Origin: an uncultured Chloroflexia bacterium
Lineage (GTDB): Bacteria > Chloroflexota > UBA6077 > JACCZL01
Direction: 5' to 3'
NCBI GenBank assembly: GCA_963765765.1
Contig: CAVXYC010000023.1
Coordinates: forward strand, 419,927 to 483,926
Length of the DNA stretch: 64,000 bases
Position 1 is the stretch's first letter. Each line of letters opens with the position of its first letter. Under the pieces are notes generated by a model. That model was not told the DNA's origin. It did not search any database and saw only the letters and a program-made list of their open reading frames with translations. Made by a program: the position numbers and the translations under genes. This document shows, piece by piece, positions 52,484 to 64,000 of this stretch.

Positions 52484-53737
52484 GATGCCCTTCGACGACA
52501 CCTCGTACGGGGCGTCGACGAGCTCGGGACAGACACGGAAGGACCCGTCGGCAGACCGCGAACGGCGACAACACGCCGATGGGCCGGCCCGGATGTGTGC
52601 AATATGGCACTTACCCCGAGCCGGCCCATCGCCAAAATGGAGACGGTACGAGGTGTGACGAGCACTCCCTTGCCTGTGGCCCCGTGGTTGCCGCCGTACC
52701 GGGGCCGCTCTCTCGCGTTCCGTGGTTACGGGCGGCGCATCTTAGCCGCCCGCTCGACTTGCCCCACCTCCATCCACAAGCGCTCGCGCCGGGTCCGCAT
52801 ACCGGCCCGAGTCACGCAAGTACTCCCGGACGGTCTGCTCGCTGCTCGAAGGCAACAAAAAGACCGACCGGGACCACGCCCAGCCGGTTTCGCAATTTGG
52901 CTCACCGGCCGGCGAGACATAGGGTCCTGCGGCGCAGCAACCCGCTGGCAGTATGACGGCTCCACCGAGCTTAGGTATGTACAATTCTGCACATCCCTCC
53001 GCCTTTTGACCTAGGCCCGCTGACGGATGCGCCGATGCGCTCCATCTCCGGCCGCTTGCGGTGGAGCGTGGTCCTCACGCGGCTGGCCGGGATGCCCCGT
53101 GGTACGATTAACCGCTGCGCCCGGGCTGACCATCGCACCCCCGCCGAGGCCCGAGCCGGTCTCCACGATGCCCTTCGATGACACCTAGTACGGGCGTCGA
53201 CGAGCTCGGGATAGACGCGAAAGGTTCCATCGGACCACCCCGAGAGGCCACAACATGCCGATGGCGTGCAATATCGCACTTGTCCCGAAGCCGGCCCAAG
53301 GGCGAAAATGGAGACGGTATGGGTTGTGACGAGCACTCCCTTGCCTGCGGCCCCGGCGGTTGCCGCCGTACCGGGGCCGCTCTCTCGCGTTCCGTGGTTA
53401 CGGGCGGCGCATCTGAGCGACCCGCTCGACTTGCCCCCCACCTCCATCCACAACCGCTCGGGCCGAGCCCGCATACCGGCCCGAGTCACGCAAGTACTCC
53501 TGGACGGTCTGCCCGCTGCTCGAAGGCAACAAAAAAGGCCAACCGGGCCACGCCCAGCCGGTTCGCAATTGGCTCCACCCAGCGCATCAGCGAGCCGTAC
53601 CAAGGTCGGACCCGTGCTGGGCTTCTCAGCCACTGAGCTGCGTGACCCTAACACGGCGTCTCATTTGTGTCAAGTTTGTGACACCGGCCGACTGACGGAT
53701 GCGCCGATGCGCTCCATCTCCGGCCGCCTGCGGTGGA
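52484..53737. repeat. Two diverged ~680-bp non-coding units
   Basis: 52484-52903 aligns with 53167-53575; 53020-53065 aligns with 53692-53737. Confidence 0.88.
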
Positions 53738-54051
53738 ACTGGCGGGTTCCGCCGCTCGATGACCTGATCACGTACGAGCTGATGCCGGACGATTCCGGGG
53801 TGAACCTCAAGATCGGCCCGGACACTGGGCATGAGTAGCCCCCGATCGGTACTCGCCCAGGCCACTAAGCTGATCCACTAGCCAACGAGCTCTCGCGATC
53901 AGACTCACTGGACTCCGCTTCGTCCGCGATCAAGCACCGTCGGATACCAGGGTAATCCGAACATCAGGATGTCGCGCTCAATCACTCAATGATCCGCACG
54001 CCGCCAGTGGTCCGCACGGCTCAGGGTGTCGTCGACCTGGCGCCGCAGCGA

Positions 54052-54306
54052 TCAGTTCCGCCGCTCCCACATCTCCTCAATCGGAGATAACTCCTCGGTG
54101 AGCATCCTCTGAAGGCTCTTCAGCGCCTCCCGAGAGATCAACGGCGGTGTGATCGGTCGCTTCGGTGTGGATGGCAGGAGAACTTGCGCCTCGTACTCAT
54201 CCCAACGTGAGAGCGCACGGTTGACCCGTTTCAACTGCGCAAGGATGCGGCGACGGCGGGCTCGGAATGCTCGGACGCCCTCCGGTTTCACTCGCTGTCC
54301 TAGCAT
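54052..54306 (-). CDS. Small hypothetical protein
   Basis: 84-aa ORF with plausible helical composition; no family recognised. Confidence 0.4.
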   Translation of the reverse strand: MLGQRVKPEGVRAFRARRRRILAQLKRVNRALSRWDEYEAQVLLPSTPKRPITPPLISREALKSLQRMLTEELSPIEEMWERRN

Positions 54307-54366
54307 GAGATGGTCTGAGCCAAACTGAGCACGTTTGGCGCCGGCTCGGCGTCTTCAGTCCGTTGG

Positions 54367-54573
54367 CTAAGCGACCTTGCCGTGCAACTCCGCCAGCATT
54401 GCCCGCGCCACCGGACGGAGTCCCACGGACTCGCAATCACGATAGGTCGAGTACAGCACGTGATCGACCAAGCGCCGCTCAGCGTCCGTCCACGACTGAT
54501 CGCGCTCGTAGTAGAGCTCAGTCATATGAGCGAACCGCTCGAGGGCGAAGCACTGCAGCTCGTGATGAGTCAT
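54367..54573 (-). CDS. Small hypothetical protein
   Basis: MTHHELQCFALERF...STYRDCESVG; natural amino-acid composition. Confidence 0.45.
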   Translation of the reverse strand: MTHHELQCFALERFAHMTELYYERDQSWTDAERRLVDHVLYSTYRDCESVGLRPVARAMLAELHGKVA

Positions 54574-55163
54574 GGGAGGCGCAGTGTGCCCGAGAGCGGG
54601 TCGGCGCGTCAAGAAAATTCGCGGCAGGACAATTACTCGGCGGTCGGTTCTCGCACCGGTGACTCACGGCTAACCGTGGGAGATCAGTCAAGCATGGCGA
54701 CTCGAGAACACGTTTACAGCGTGCCGAGAATGCCCCTATGCGAAGTGGGGTGGTGTGTCCTAGGACTGCGGCTCAGCGACGGGTCTAAGTGAGGGAATTG
54801 GAACGCAATCCGCGGGTGGCGCGTCGATGAATACAGACGAAGTGAGACGAGGAGCCGTTCGTGGCGCAATGGATCATCGCCACCGTCTCTCGGAACCTCG
54901 TCCTCGCAACTGTTGGTAGTACCCCGGTCGTGATCGGCGCTCTAAGGCGCGGTCACCGGTTAGCGACATGATGGGGGATTCTGGAGTTGATTGATTGATT
55001 GTTCCCAAGAAATTGATGGCCATCGGTCTCGCGATTGGTGGTTTGGCGGAGCTGGGGTTGTGGATCTCGGGGCGACCGGCTGATTCGGGCAGGTGCACTC
55101 GCGGGAGGTGTGACTGGTCGAAACCAGACGGCGCGATTGCGGGCGCGACGCACCTCTGTGGAG

Positions 55164-55397
55164 ATGGCGATGGATAGCTCTGAATTAAAGATAGCGAGCC
55201 GTTCTGACGCTGATGCAGCGATGACGGAGGATGGGCGCTTTCGTGAGTGGGACGACGAGTGGGGTCTGGACAGGATGTGCCTCGACTGCGGCCACGACTG
55301 GATCTCCGGATGCGATGGTGAGTGCCCGTGCCTGAGATGCCGGGCCGAGTGGCATCCGCTGGAAGGGGTGGAGCGGGGGGATGGCGAGATGCGTTGA
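55164..55397 (+). CDS. Small Cys-rich (zinc-ribbon-like) hypothetical protein
   Basis: CLDCGH...CPCLRC. Confidence 0.35.
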   Translation: MAMDSSELKIASRSDADAAMTEDGRFREWDDEWGLDRMCLDCGHDWISGCDGECPCLRCRAEWHPLEGVERGDGEMR

Positions 55398-55731
55398 CGC
55401 CTCGTTTCACCTTCTGACTGGTGTAATTGGGAGGTGTCCCCTAGGACGCACGACTCTGCGATCGGCATGCCACCCCCGCTCGACGCCGGTGACCGAGCGC
55501 GCCTAGGCTGCCATCTCGGGATCTTCCGCCGGCCCGACCAGTTCAAGCCATAGAGATATGCACATCCGCACTCATCAGTAAGTGTCCGAGTGCGCTTATC
55601 GTAAAGTGGGTCGGGTGGCACTGCGGTTGCCTCCTGGCCTTGAATGCAGGTCGGGTGAGGAGAGACACCCGACCTGATTTGTTGCTACTTCGCGGTCCCT
55701 CCTGTCGGGGATCGAGCCGCTGCGCTCCCGA

Positions 55732-55895
55732 GTGCGAGTTTGGTCGTGGATGACGACCTGGAATTCCGATACGCCATCGCTGATGCACTCAGGGATATGG
55801 GGCTGGGAGGTCCGCGGCGCGGCCGATGGTGTCGATGCCCTGAGCACGATACTCGACTGGCGACCCGACGTGATTCTGCTTGACTTGAAGCCCCT
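55732..55895 (+). pseudogene. Response-regulator receiver domain remnant
   Basis: VVDDD..., WEVRGAADGVDAL...RPDVILLDL across frames; truncated. Confidence 0.65.
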
Positions 55896-56039
55896 ATCAT
55901 TGACGGGCCCCGCTCCGGTTGCTGGTTCGTCGCGCGGCCTCAGCCCGCCGGTGGTAGGTCGCGATCACCACCCCAGTTGTCGTCGTGGTCACCTCGTCGA
56001 CGAGGCGGAGGGAGGCGACTGGGCTCCCGTTGGGGAAGT

Positions 56040-56416
56040 GCCTGGAGCTGGATGTACATCGGTTGCTTGGTCTTCTTGTCGGGATCGATCATCTTCCACT
56101 CGTAGAAGCCATCCGCGGGGATGATGCAGCGCCCCTTGGCGATGCTCCCGCGAAACATCCCACTGGTAGCGAGGGTCTCAGCGCGCGCGTTGATCGGGGG
56201 CGGGCGCTTGCCCGGCTTCCGTCCATGAAGTGCGGCACAAAGCCCCACTTGGCCATTCGCAGCTCCCGAGTTCCATTCGAGTGCTGCACCACGATGGGAA
56301 TGTCCTGCGACGGCGCCACGTTGAACCGGGGCGTGATCGTCGTCTCGGCAAATTCTTCGAGGCCGAACCGTCGCATGAGGGGGGCTGGGGTCACCCAACG
56401 TGTATCGTCCACACAT
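56040..56416 (-). pseudogene. SRAP/YedK (SOS response-associated peptidase) N-terminal part
   Basis: MCGRYTL, PRFNVAPSQ, WGFVP, INARAET, RCIIPADGFYEW, KQPMYI; similarity ends abruptly. Confidence 0.85.
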
Positions 56417-56601
56417 AGAAGTCAGGGTAGCACTTCGCTAGACTCTGGCGGGTAATCCCACTCGAACCGTGGCACATGGATGCTGTCCTGACTATCGCCA
56501 CTACGCTCTCTCGATATGTACCGCTGTTGCGGCATGCGCCAGACCACGACAGCTCGGTTGTTGCGGTTCCTAGAGCAGGATCGATACGTCGTGGGCGACC
56601 C

Positions 56602-57159
56602 CTACTCGGCGGGTGGACTTCCTTCACCCGCGAATCTCTCGCTCGCCTTGCGGCCCCAGCCTCGTTGACCTGGTCGACCGACCGGTCGCCCGGGAAACAC
56701 GGCTCCGAGCCCCAAGTCGTCGAGCTGCGCTGATAGCCAGCTCTGGGCGGTCCAGCGAGCAACCCGATCGCGAAAACGCGCGAGACGCTCGGCGCGCTCC
56801 GGTTCCCGGGATTTCAAGGGCCTCGGCCATGACCTTCGCTGTCCCTTCGACATCCAGCGGCGACACCAGCAGAGCGCTGTCGGAGGCCTCCTCTACCACG
56901 CCCGCTGTCTCGGAGAGGATCAGGACACCGGGGCGCTGAGAGACCACCGCCCACTCCTTGGCTACCAGATTCATCCCGTCCTTGAGTGAGTTGACCATGA
57001 GCACATCACAGGATTCCATTGCCGCCAGCGCCTGATCGCGATCGTTCGTGTAAAAGACCTCGATCGGCGGACGGCCGCACTCGTCGGCGTACTGCGAGTT
57101 GATCTCATCGATACACTGATAGACGGCATCGCGGTAGGCCCGATAAATGTCAAGATCGA
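56602..57159 (-). pseudogene. otsA: Trehalose-6-phosphate synthase C-terminal fragment (5' part missing)
   Basis: [37 protein letters not shown]. Confidence 0.82.
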
Positions 57160-57445
57160 GGCACGTGCCAAGGCGATGCTACAACACGGTTGGCAGGACG
57201 AGGTGCGTGTGCTGATCGTCACGTCCCCGAGGATGCGCCCGCATGGAACGCGACCGGCTATCGGGCGATTCGTCTGCTCGAGAGAGGCGAGCTCTCCCAC
57301 GGGACGCGCTGCAGAAAGTGATCGTCGAGACGCGGCAGTACGCGAAGCGGCAGCGACCTGGTTCCGGCACCAGCTCGCCGGGGACGAGGTCACCGCTCGA
57401 CCGCGCGACCCCGAGTGGGAGGCGCGCGCCCTTCCTGGTGGCAGA
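57155..57445 (+). CDS. miaA: tRNA dimethylallyltransferase C-terminal fragment (5' part missing)
   Basis: [36 protein letters not shown]. Confidence 0.78.
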
Positions 57446-57454
57446 ATGGCACGC

Positions 57455-58591
57455 ATGAAGATCGGCATCACCTGCTATCCGACCTACGGCGGGTCCGGCG
57501 CCGTCGCGACGGAGCTCGGCATCGCGCTCGCGCAGCGCGGCCACGAGATCCACTTCATCACGTATCAGCAGCCGTTCCGGCTCCCGCGTTCCTGCCGCGC
57601 ATCTACTTCCACGAGGTGGACGTCGGCCGGTATCCGCTGTTCGAGTACCCGCCGTACGACCTCGCGCTGGCGGTGCGCATGCACGAGGTGGTGCTGCGCG
57701 CACAGCTCGACCTCCTGCACGTGCACTACGCGATCCCGCACGCGACGAGCGCGTGGATCGCGCGCGAGATGCTCGCGCAGACGCGCCCGACATCAAGGTG
57801 GTCACGACGCTGCACGGCACCGACATCACCATCGTCGGCCAGGATCCGTCGTTCCACGCCATCACCAAGTTCTCGATCGAGAAGTCGGACGGCCTCACCG
57901 CGGTCTCGCAGTACCTCGCGACGGAGACGCAGTCGCGCGTTCGGCTGCACGGCGTGCCGCATCGAGGTGATCCCGAACTTCATCGACCCGACCGTCTACG
58001 ACCGGTCGCGCTACACGCCGCAGCTCGCGAGCAGGTCGAACGGCGAGCGCAAGGTGCTGATGCACATCTCGAACTTCCGCGCCGGTCAAGCGCGTCCGCG
58101 ACGTGGTGCGGCATCTACGCGCGCGTCGCGCAGCGAGGTGCCGAGCGTGCTCGTGATGGTCGGCGACGGGCCCGAGCGCATCGACGCCGAGCAGGAGGCG
58201 CGCCGGCTCGGCGTGCAGGACAGCGTGTTCTTCCTCGGCAAGCTCGAGGCGGTCGCGCCGCTGCTGGCGAGCGCGGACCTCTTTCTCCTGCCCTCGCAGA
58301 GCGAGTCGTTCGGCCTGAGCGCGCTCGAGGCGCTGGCTCCGGGGTGCCGGTCGTCGGCGTCGCGCGCCGGCGGCCTGCCCGAAGTCGTGCGCGACGGCGA
58401 GACCGGCGCGCTGTGCGCCGTCGGCGACGTCGACGCGATGGCCGCAGCCGCGATCGCGGATCCTCGCGCGACGACGCAGCGCTGGCACTCGATGAGCGAC
58501 GCTCGCGGCCGCCGACGCCCGCGAGCGATTCGCGCTGGACCAGATGGTCGCGCAGTACGAGGCCTTCTACGTCGAACGCGATCGGCAGTAG
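57455..58591 (+). CDS. bshA: N-acetylglucosaminyl-malate synthase BshA (GT4), many indels
   Basis: [55 protein letters not shown]. Confidence 0.9.
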
Positions 58592-58679
58592 CCTCCGTGC
58601 GGACGACGAAGCTGCTGCTCGCCCGATCCACGGCTTCCGTCGAACGCCGCTCGTCTCGCTCAACCTCCGCCGCGCCGCC

Positions 58680-59447
58680 ACGCTCGATGCCTTCCAGCGC
58701 TACGTTGCTCGGCATCGTCGAGGGCATCACCGAGTTCCTCCCCATCTCGTCGACGGCGCACCTGATCCTCGCCAGCCATGCGCTGGGTCTGGCCGAGACG
58801 GAGTTCCTGAAGAGCTTCGAGATCATCATCCAGTTCGGCGCCATCCTCTCGGTGGTCGTGCTCTACTGGAGGCGGTTCTCGACGTGCGAGGTGCTGAAGA
58901 AGCTCGTCGTCGCGTTCATTCCGACCGGCATCATCGGGCTCACGGTCTACAAGGTCATCAAGGGGTTCTCTGATGGGCAGCCTCACCGTCATGCTGCTCG
59001 CGCTGCTATCGGCGGCGTCGCGCTCATCGTGTTCGAGCGCTTCCGGGACGGCGGACGACCGGGACGTCGACTTCAACGAGATCACCTATCGAACGCGTTC
59101 CTGATCGGCCTCTTCCAGGCGATCGCCGTGATCCCCGGCGTCTCGCGCTCCGCGGCGACGATCGTCGGCGGGTCGCTGCTCGGCGTCTCCAAGCGCACGA
59201 TCGTCGAGTTCTCCTTCATCCTCGCGGTCCCGACGATGCTCGCCGCCACGGGCTCGAGCTGGTCAAGAGCCACGCGCCCTCAGCGGCAACTTCGGCGTTC
59301 TCGGGATCGGATTCGTCGTCAGCTTCATCACCGCGATCGTCGCGATCAAGTGGCTGCTGGCGTACGTCAAGAAGCGCGACTTCTCGCTGTTCGGCTGGTA
59401 CCGCATCGTCGCTCGCGCTCGTGTTCTACCTTGTCTTCCTCCGCTGA
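58680..59447 (+). CDS. uppP: Undecaprenyl-diphosphatase, many indels; start approximate
   Basis: GIVEGITEFLPISSTAHL, IQFGAIL, PGVSRSAAT, EFSFILAVP, FGWYRI. Confidence 0.9.
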
Positions 59448-59449
59448 CG

Positions 59450-60220
59450 GCGCACGTCGCGATCCGCTACGACGGGTCTACCGCCGCGGAGCTCGCGGCG
59501 CTGCTCGGCGTTCCGCGCGTGGAGGTGTACGCCTCGGTCGCGCTCGACGCTGGACATCGCGCACGACGCGGCTGCCGGCCGCGCCGCGCCGGGACGCTGG
59601 TGCTCGCCGACGAGCAGACGGCGGGGCGGGGACCCACGGTCGGCGCTGGACGTCGCCGCCCGGTGCGGCGTCTGGCTCGCGCTGATCGAGCGCCCGAGCG
59701 ACGCGTCGCGCGCTCGACGTGCTGTCGCTCCGCTGCGGGCTGTTCGTCGCCGAGGCGCTCGACGCGCTGGCGTCGGCGACCGATCGGCGTGAAGTGGCCG
59801 AACGATCTGTACGTCGGCGGACGTAAGCTCGCGGGCAGTGCTGATCGAGACGCGATGGCGCGGCGCCGCCCGGAGTGGGTCGCCATCGGGTTCGGGCTCA
59901 ACGTGCGCACGCCACCGGATCTGGACGAGCGCGACCGGACTCGCCGCGGATGCCGCCGACTCGACGCGCTCGTGCGCGCTCGTGCCGGCGCTCCGTCGCG
60001 CGGCGGCGCGCGCACGCGGGCATCTCACCGAGGACGAGCTCGCGCGCTGGCACGCCCGCGACATCGCGCGGGGCCGCGCCGTCGTCGCGCGCCGTCGCGC
60101 GGCATCGTTGCAGTGGCATCGCCGCGGCGGGCGAGCTGCTCGTCGGGTCGGACGACGGCAGCGTCGCGCGGCACCGCACCGGCTCGCTCACCTTCGCCGA
60201 GCCGACTCCCATGCTCCTGA
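59450..60220 (+). CDS. birA: Biotin-protein ligase, many indels; ends approximate
   Basis: LADEQTAGRG, VKWPNDLYVGGRKLAG, IGFGLNV. Confidence 0.8.
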   Translation, partial: AHVAIRYDGSTAAELAALLGVPRVEVYASVALDAGHRARRGCRPRRAGTLVLADEQTAGRGPTVGAGRRRPVRRLARADRAPERRVARSTCCRSAAGCSSPRRSTRWRRRPIGVKWPNDLYVGGRKLAGSADRDAMARRRPEWVAIGFGLNVRTPPDLDERDRTRRGCRRLDALVRARAGAPSRGGARTRASHRGRARALARPRHRAGPRRRRAPSRGIVAVASPRRASCSSGRTTAASRGTAPARSPSPSRLPCS

Positions 60221-60984
60221 CCTTCGACGTCGGGAACACCGAGACGACGCTCGGCCTGTACGATGGCGACGACGCTCCGCGCGCACTGGCGCATCATGAC
60301 CGACGTCGCGCGCACGCCCGACGAGTTCGGCGTCCTGCTGCGCGGTCTGCTCGCACGGCAGGCGATCGCGCTCCGCGAGGTCACGGGCGTCGCGATCGGG
60401 TCGGTCGTTCCGCCGGTCACAGCGCCGCTGGCCGAGGCGTGTCGCGCGTGGCTCCCCGCCACGCGCGTCGAGATCATCGATGCGCGCTCGCCGCTGCCGA
60501 TCACGCTCGACGTCGACGAGCCGCTCACCGTCGGCGCCGACCGCATCATCAACACGCTCGCGGCGAGCCGGCGATACGCGCGCGACGCGATCGTCGTCGA
60601 CCTGGGCACGGCGACGACGTTCGACTGCATCACGAAGGACGCGCGTCTTCCTCGGCGGCGTGATCGCGCCCGGCGTCGCAGACGTCGGCGGAGACGCTGT
60701 TCCGTCGCACGTCCAAGCTGCCCGCGACGGAGCTCGTCGCGCCGAGCGCGCGTCATCGGCACGCGCACGGAGGAGTGCATCCGCGCGGGGTCATGTTCGG
60801 CGCGGCGGAGTCGATCGACGGGATCGTGCGCCGCATCAAGGCGGAGTGGCCGCACGACGACGACGCCGATCGTGATCGGCGACCGGCGGCCTCGCCGAGA
60901 CGTTCGCGCCCCTCTGCCGGCGTTCGACGCGGTGGACCCGTATCTGACGCTGCACGGGCTCGCGCTGGCCTTCGCAGCTGCTAG
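60211..60984 (+). CDS. coaX: Type III pantothenate kinase, many indels
   Basis: MLLTFDVGNT, SVVP, VGADR, VVDLGTATTFD, GGVIAPG, LTLHGL. Confidence 0.9.
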
Positions 60985-61093
60985 CCGGGCACCTGACGAC
61001 CTCAGCGAGCACGCCGGCGAGCGCGCGCCGCAAATGTAAGTCGTCTTCGAAACATTTTACGCGCCGCGCGTACTCCCTTTCCGGCCCTCCGCC

Positions 61094-61122
61094 TTGCATC
61101 GCCGCTCGGCGCTCGCTAAAAT
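61094..61122 (+). promoter_or_regulatory. Sigma70-type promoter of groESL
   Basis: TTGCAT-N17-TAAAAT immediately upstream of CIRCE. Confidence 0.75.
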
Positions 61123-61129
61123 CGGGCTG

Positions 61130-61156
61130 TTAGCACTCTCCAGTCACGAGTGCTAA
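61130..61156 (+). promoter_or_regulatory. CIRCE element (HrcA operator)
   Basis: Perfect TTAGCACTC-N9-GAGTGCTAA. Confidence 0.97.
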
Positions 61157-61210
61157 TCGTCCAGACTCGAAGCGTTCACCGTCATTCACCCTGATGGAGG
61201 CGCACCACCT

Positions 61211-63194
<1,984 letters not shown>

Positions 63195-63220
63195 CCGCTC
63201 GAACGCATGGCTCGCCGAAC

Positions 63221-63258
63221 GACGAACGGGGGCCGAGGGCCCCCGTTCGTGTTTCTCT
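63221..63258 (+). terminator. Intrinsic terminator after groEL
   Basis: ACGAACGGGGGCC-GAG-GGCCCCCGTTCGT followed by GTTTCT. Confidence 0.8.
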
Positions 63259-63306
63259 GGGGACGGACCCGGGACGGACCCTATTGCGGTTGTCCGCCGG
63301 TGCGCC

Positions 63307-64000
63307 CTACAGCATCAACGAGTACTGCGTCGCGGCTTCGGCGCGTGCGGCCCGGGGCAGGAAGGGCCGACGACATCGTGCTGCATCGCACGCTGAGACG
63401 TCCGCGAAAGCGCGTGGGGCGCAGCGCAACGGACGTCGTCTGATGCGCGAGCCCATGATCGTTGCAGTTCTCGCTCAGGTGCGCCAGCACGACGTGCGCG
63501 AGGTTTGCGTGCACGACGTCGCGCACGAGTTCCGCGCTCGCGCGGTTCGAGAGATGCCCCGTCCGCGACGCGATGCGTGCCCGCACGGACGGCGGATACG
63601 GCCCGCACCAAGCATCCCCTCGTCGTGGTTCGACTCGAGCACCAGGAGATCCGCGCCGCTGCACAGCGTGCGGACGCCGTCGCTCACGTATCCGACGTCG
63701 GTGCACACGACCGCGGTCACGCCGCTGTGCGTCGTGCTCACGCGCACCCCGATCGGGCTCGCGGCGTCGTGCGGCGTGGCATACGTCGTCAGCTGCATCC
63801 GCGATAGACCACGCTCGCGCCGGGCGCTACCCGTGCGCACTGCACCTCCTGCAGCTCGGGCCAGGCGTCGATCGTTCCATCGCTCGCGTAGAGCGCCCAG
63901 CCCCAGCGCCGAGCCCCTGCAGCCGCGCCCTTGACGTGGTCGGTGTGCTCGTGCGTGACGATGCACGCCTCGATCGACTCCGGCGCGACGCCAATCGTGC
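63307..64000 (-). CDS. MBL-fold metallo-hydrolase (YycJ/WalJ-like), 5' part beyond window
   Basis: [33 protein letters not shown]. Confidence 0.82.

Noticed and set aside
52380-52495. c-di-GMP-I riboswitch on the minus strand (GGGCA...GAAA...GACGCAA...GAGCCGCC)
   Set aside because: Some words match, but I could not build the canonical P1/P2 pairing by eye. An Infernal search is needed.
53665-53675. TTGTGTCAAGT resembling a XerD arm (chromosomal dif candidate)
   Set aside because: There is no matching XerC arm 6 bp upstream.
57140-57154. CCGATAAATGTCAAG, a dif-like word beside the otsA/miaA junction
   Set aside because: It has no 6-bp spacer and lies inside the otsA reading frame (LDIYR), so it is treated as coincidence.

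Overview
GC-rich bacterial DNA with many single-base frameshifts, most likely long-read indel errors. Positions 1 to ~57,155 hold the 3' part of dnaE and an accessory-rich run of oxidoreductases, TPP enzymes, LLM monooxygenases, aromatic-catabolism genes, lipoprotein solute-binding proteins, tandem AlkZ-like genes and several REP-like hairpin families. The gene content suggests a soil Chloroflexota-like genome (inference). At ~57,155 a 5'-truncated otsA joins a 5'-truncated miaA. From there the sequence is a higher-GC, more error-rich housekeeping block (miaA-bshA-uppP-birA-coaX-CIRCE-groES-groEL-MBL hydrolase), so the contig is probably chimeric. Two signals stand out. (1) At 32.4-39.0 kb, about ten co-oriented dif-like sites (11-bp arm, 6-bp C-rich spacer, 11-bp arm; core CCGATAA-N6-TTATCRG) divide the DNA into six one-gene modules. 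One module occurs twice, with homology stopping at the sites, which suggests a Xer-type gene-cassette array; no recombinase gene is in view. (2) At 18.3-18.9 kb, a ~510-bp DUF433/DUF5615 toxin-antitoxin fragment lies between 25-bp direct repeats. It is depleted of cytosine on one strand, with no CC dinucleotide over ~420 bp, which suggests C-directed hypermutation. No tRNA, rRNA, CRISPR array or intact transposase/integrase was recognised.
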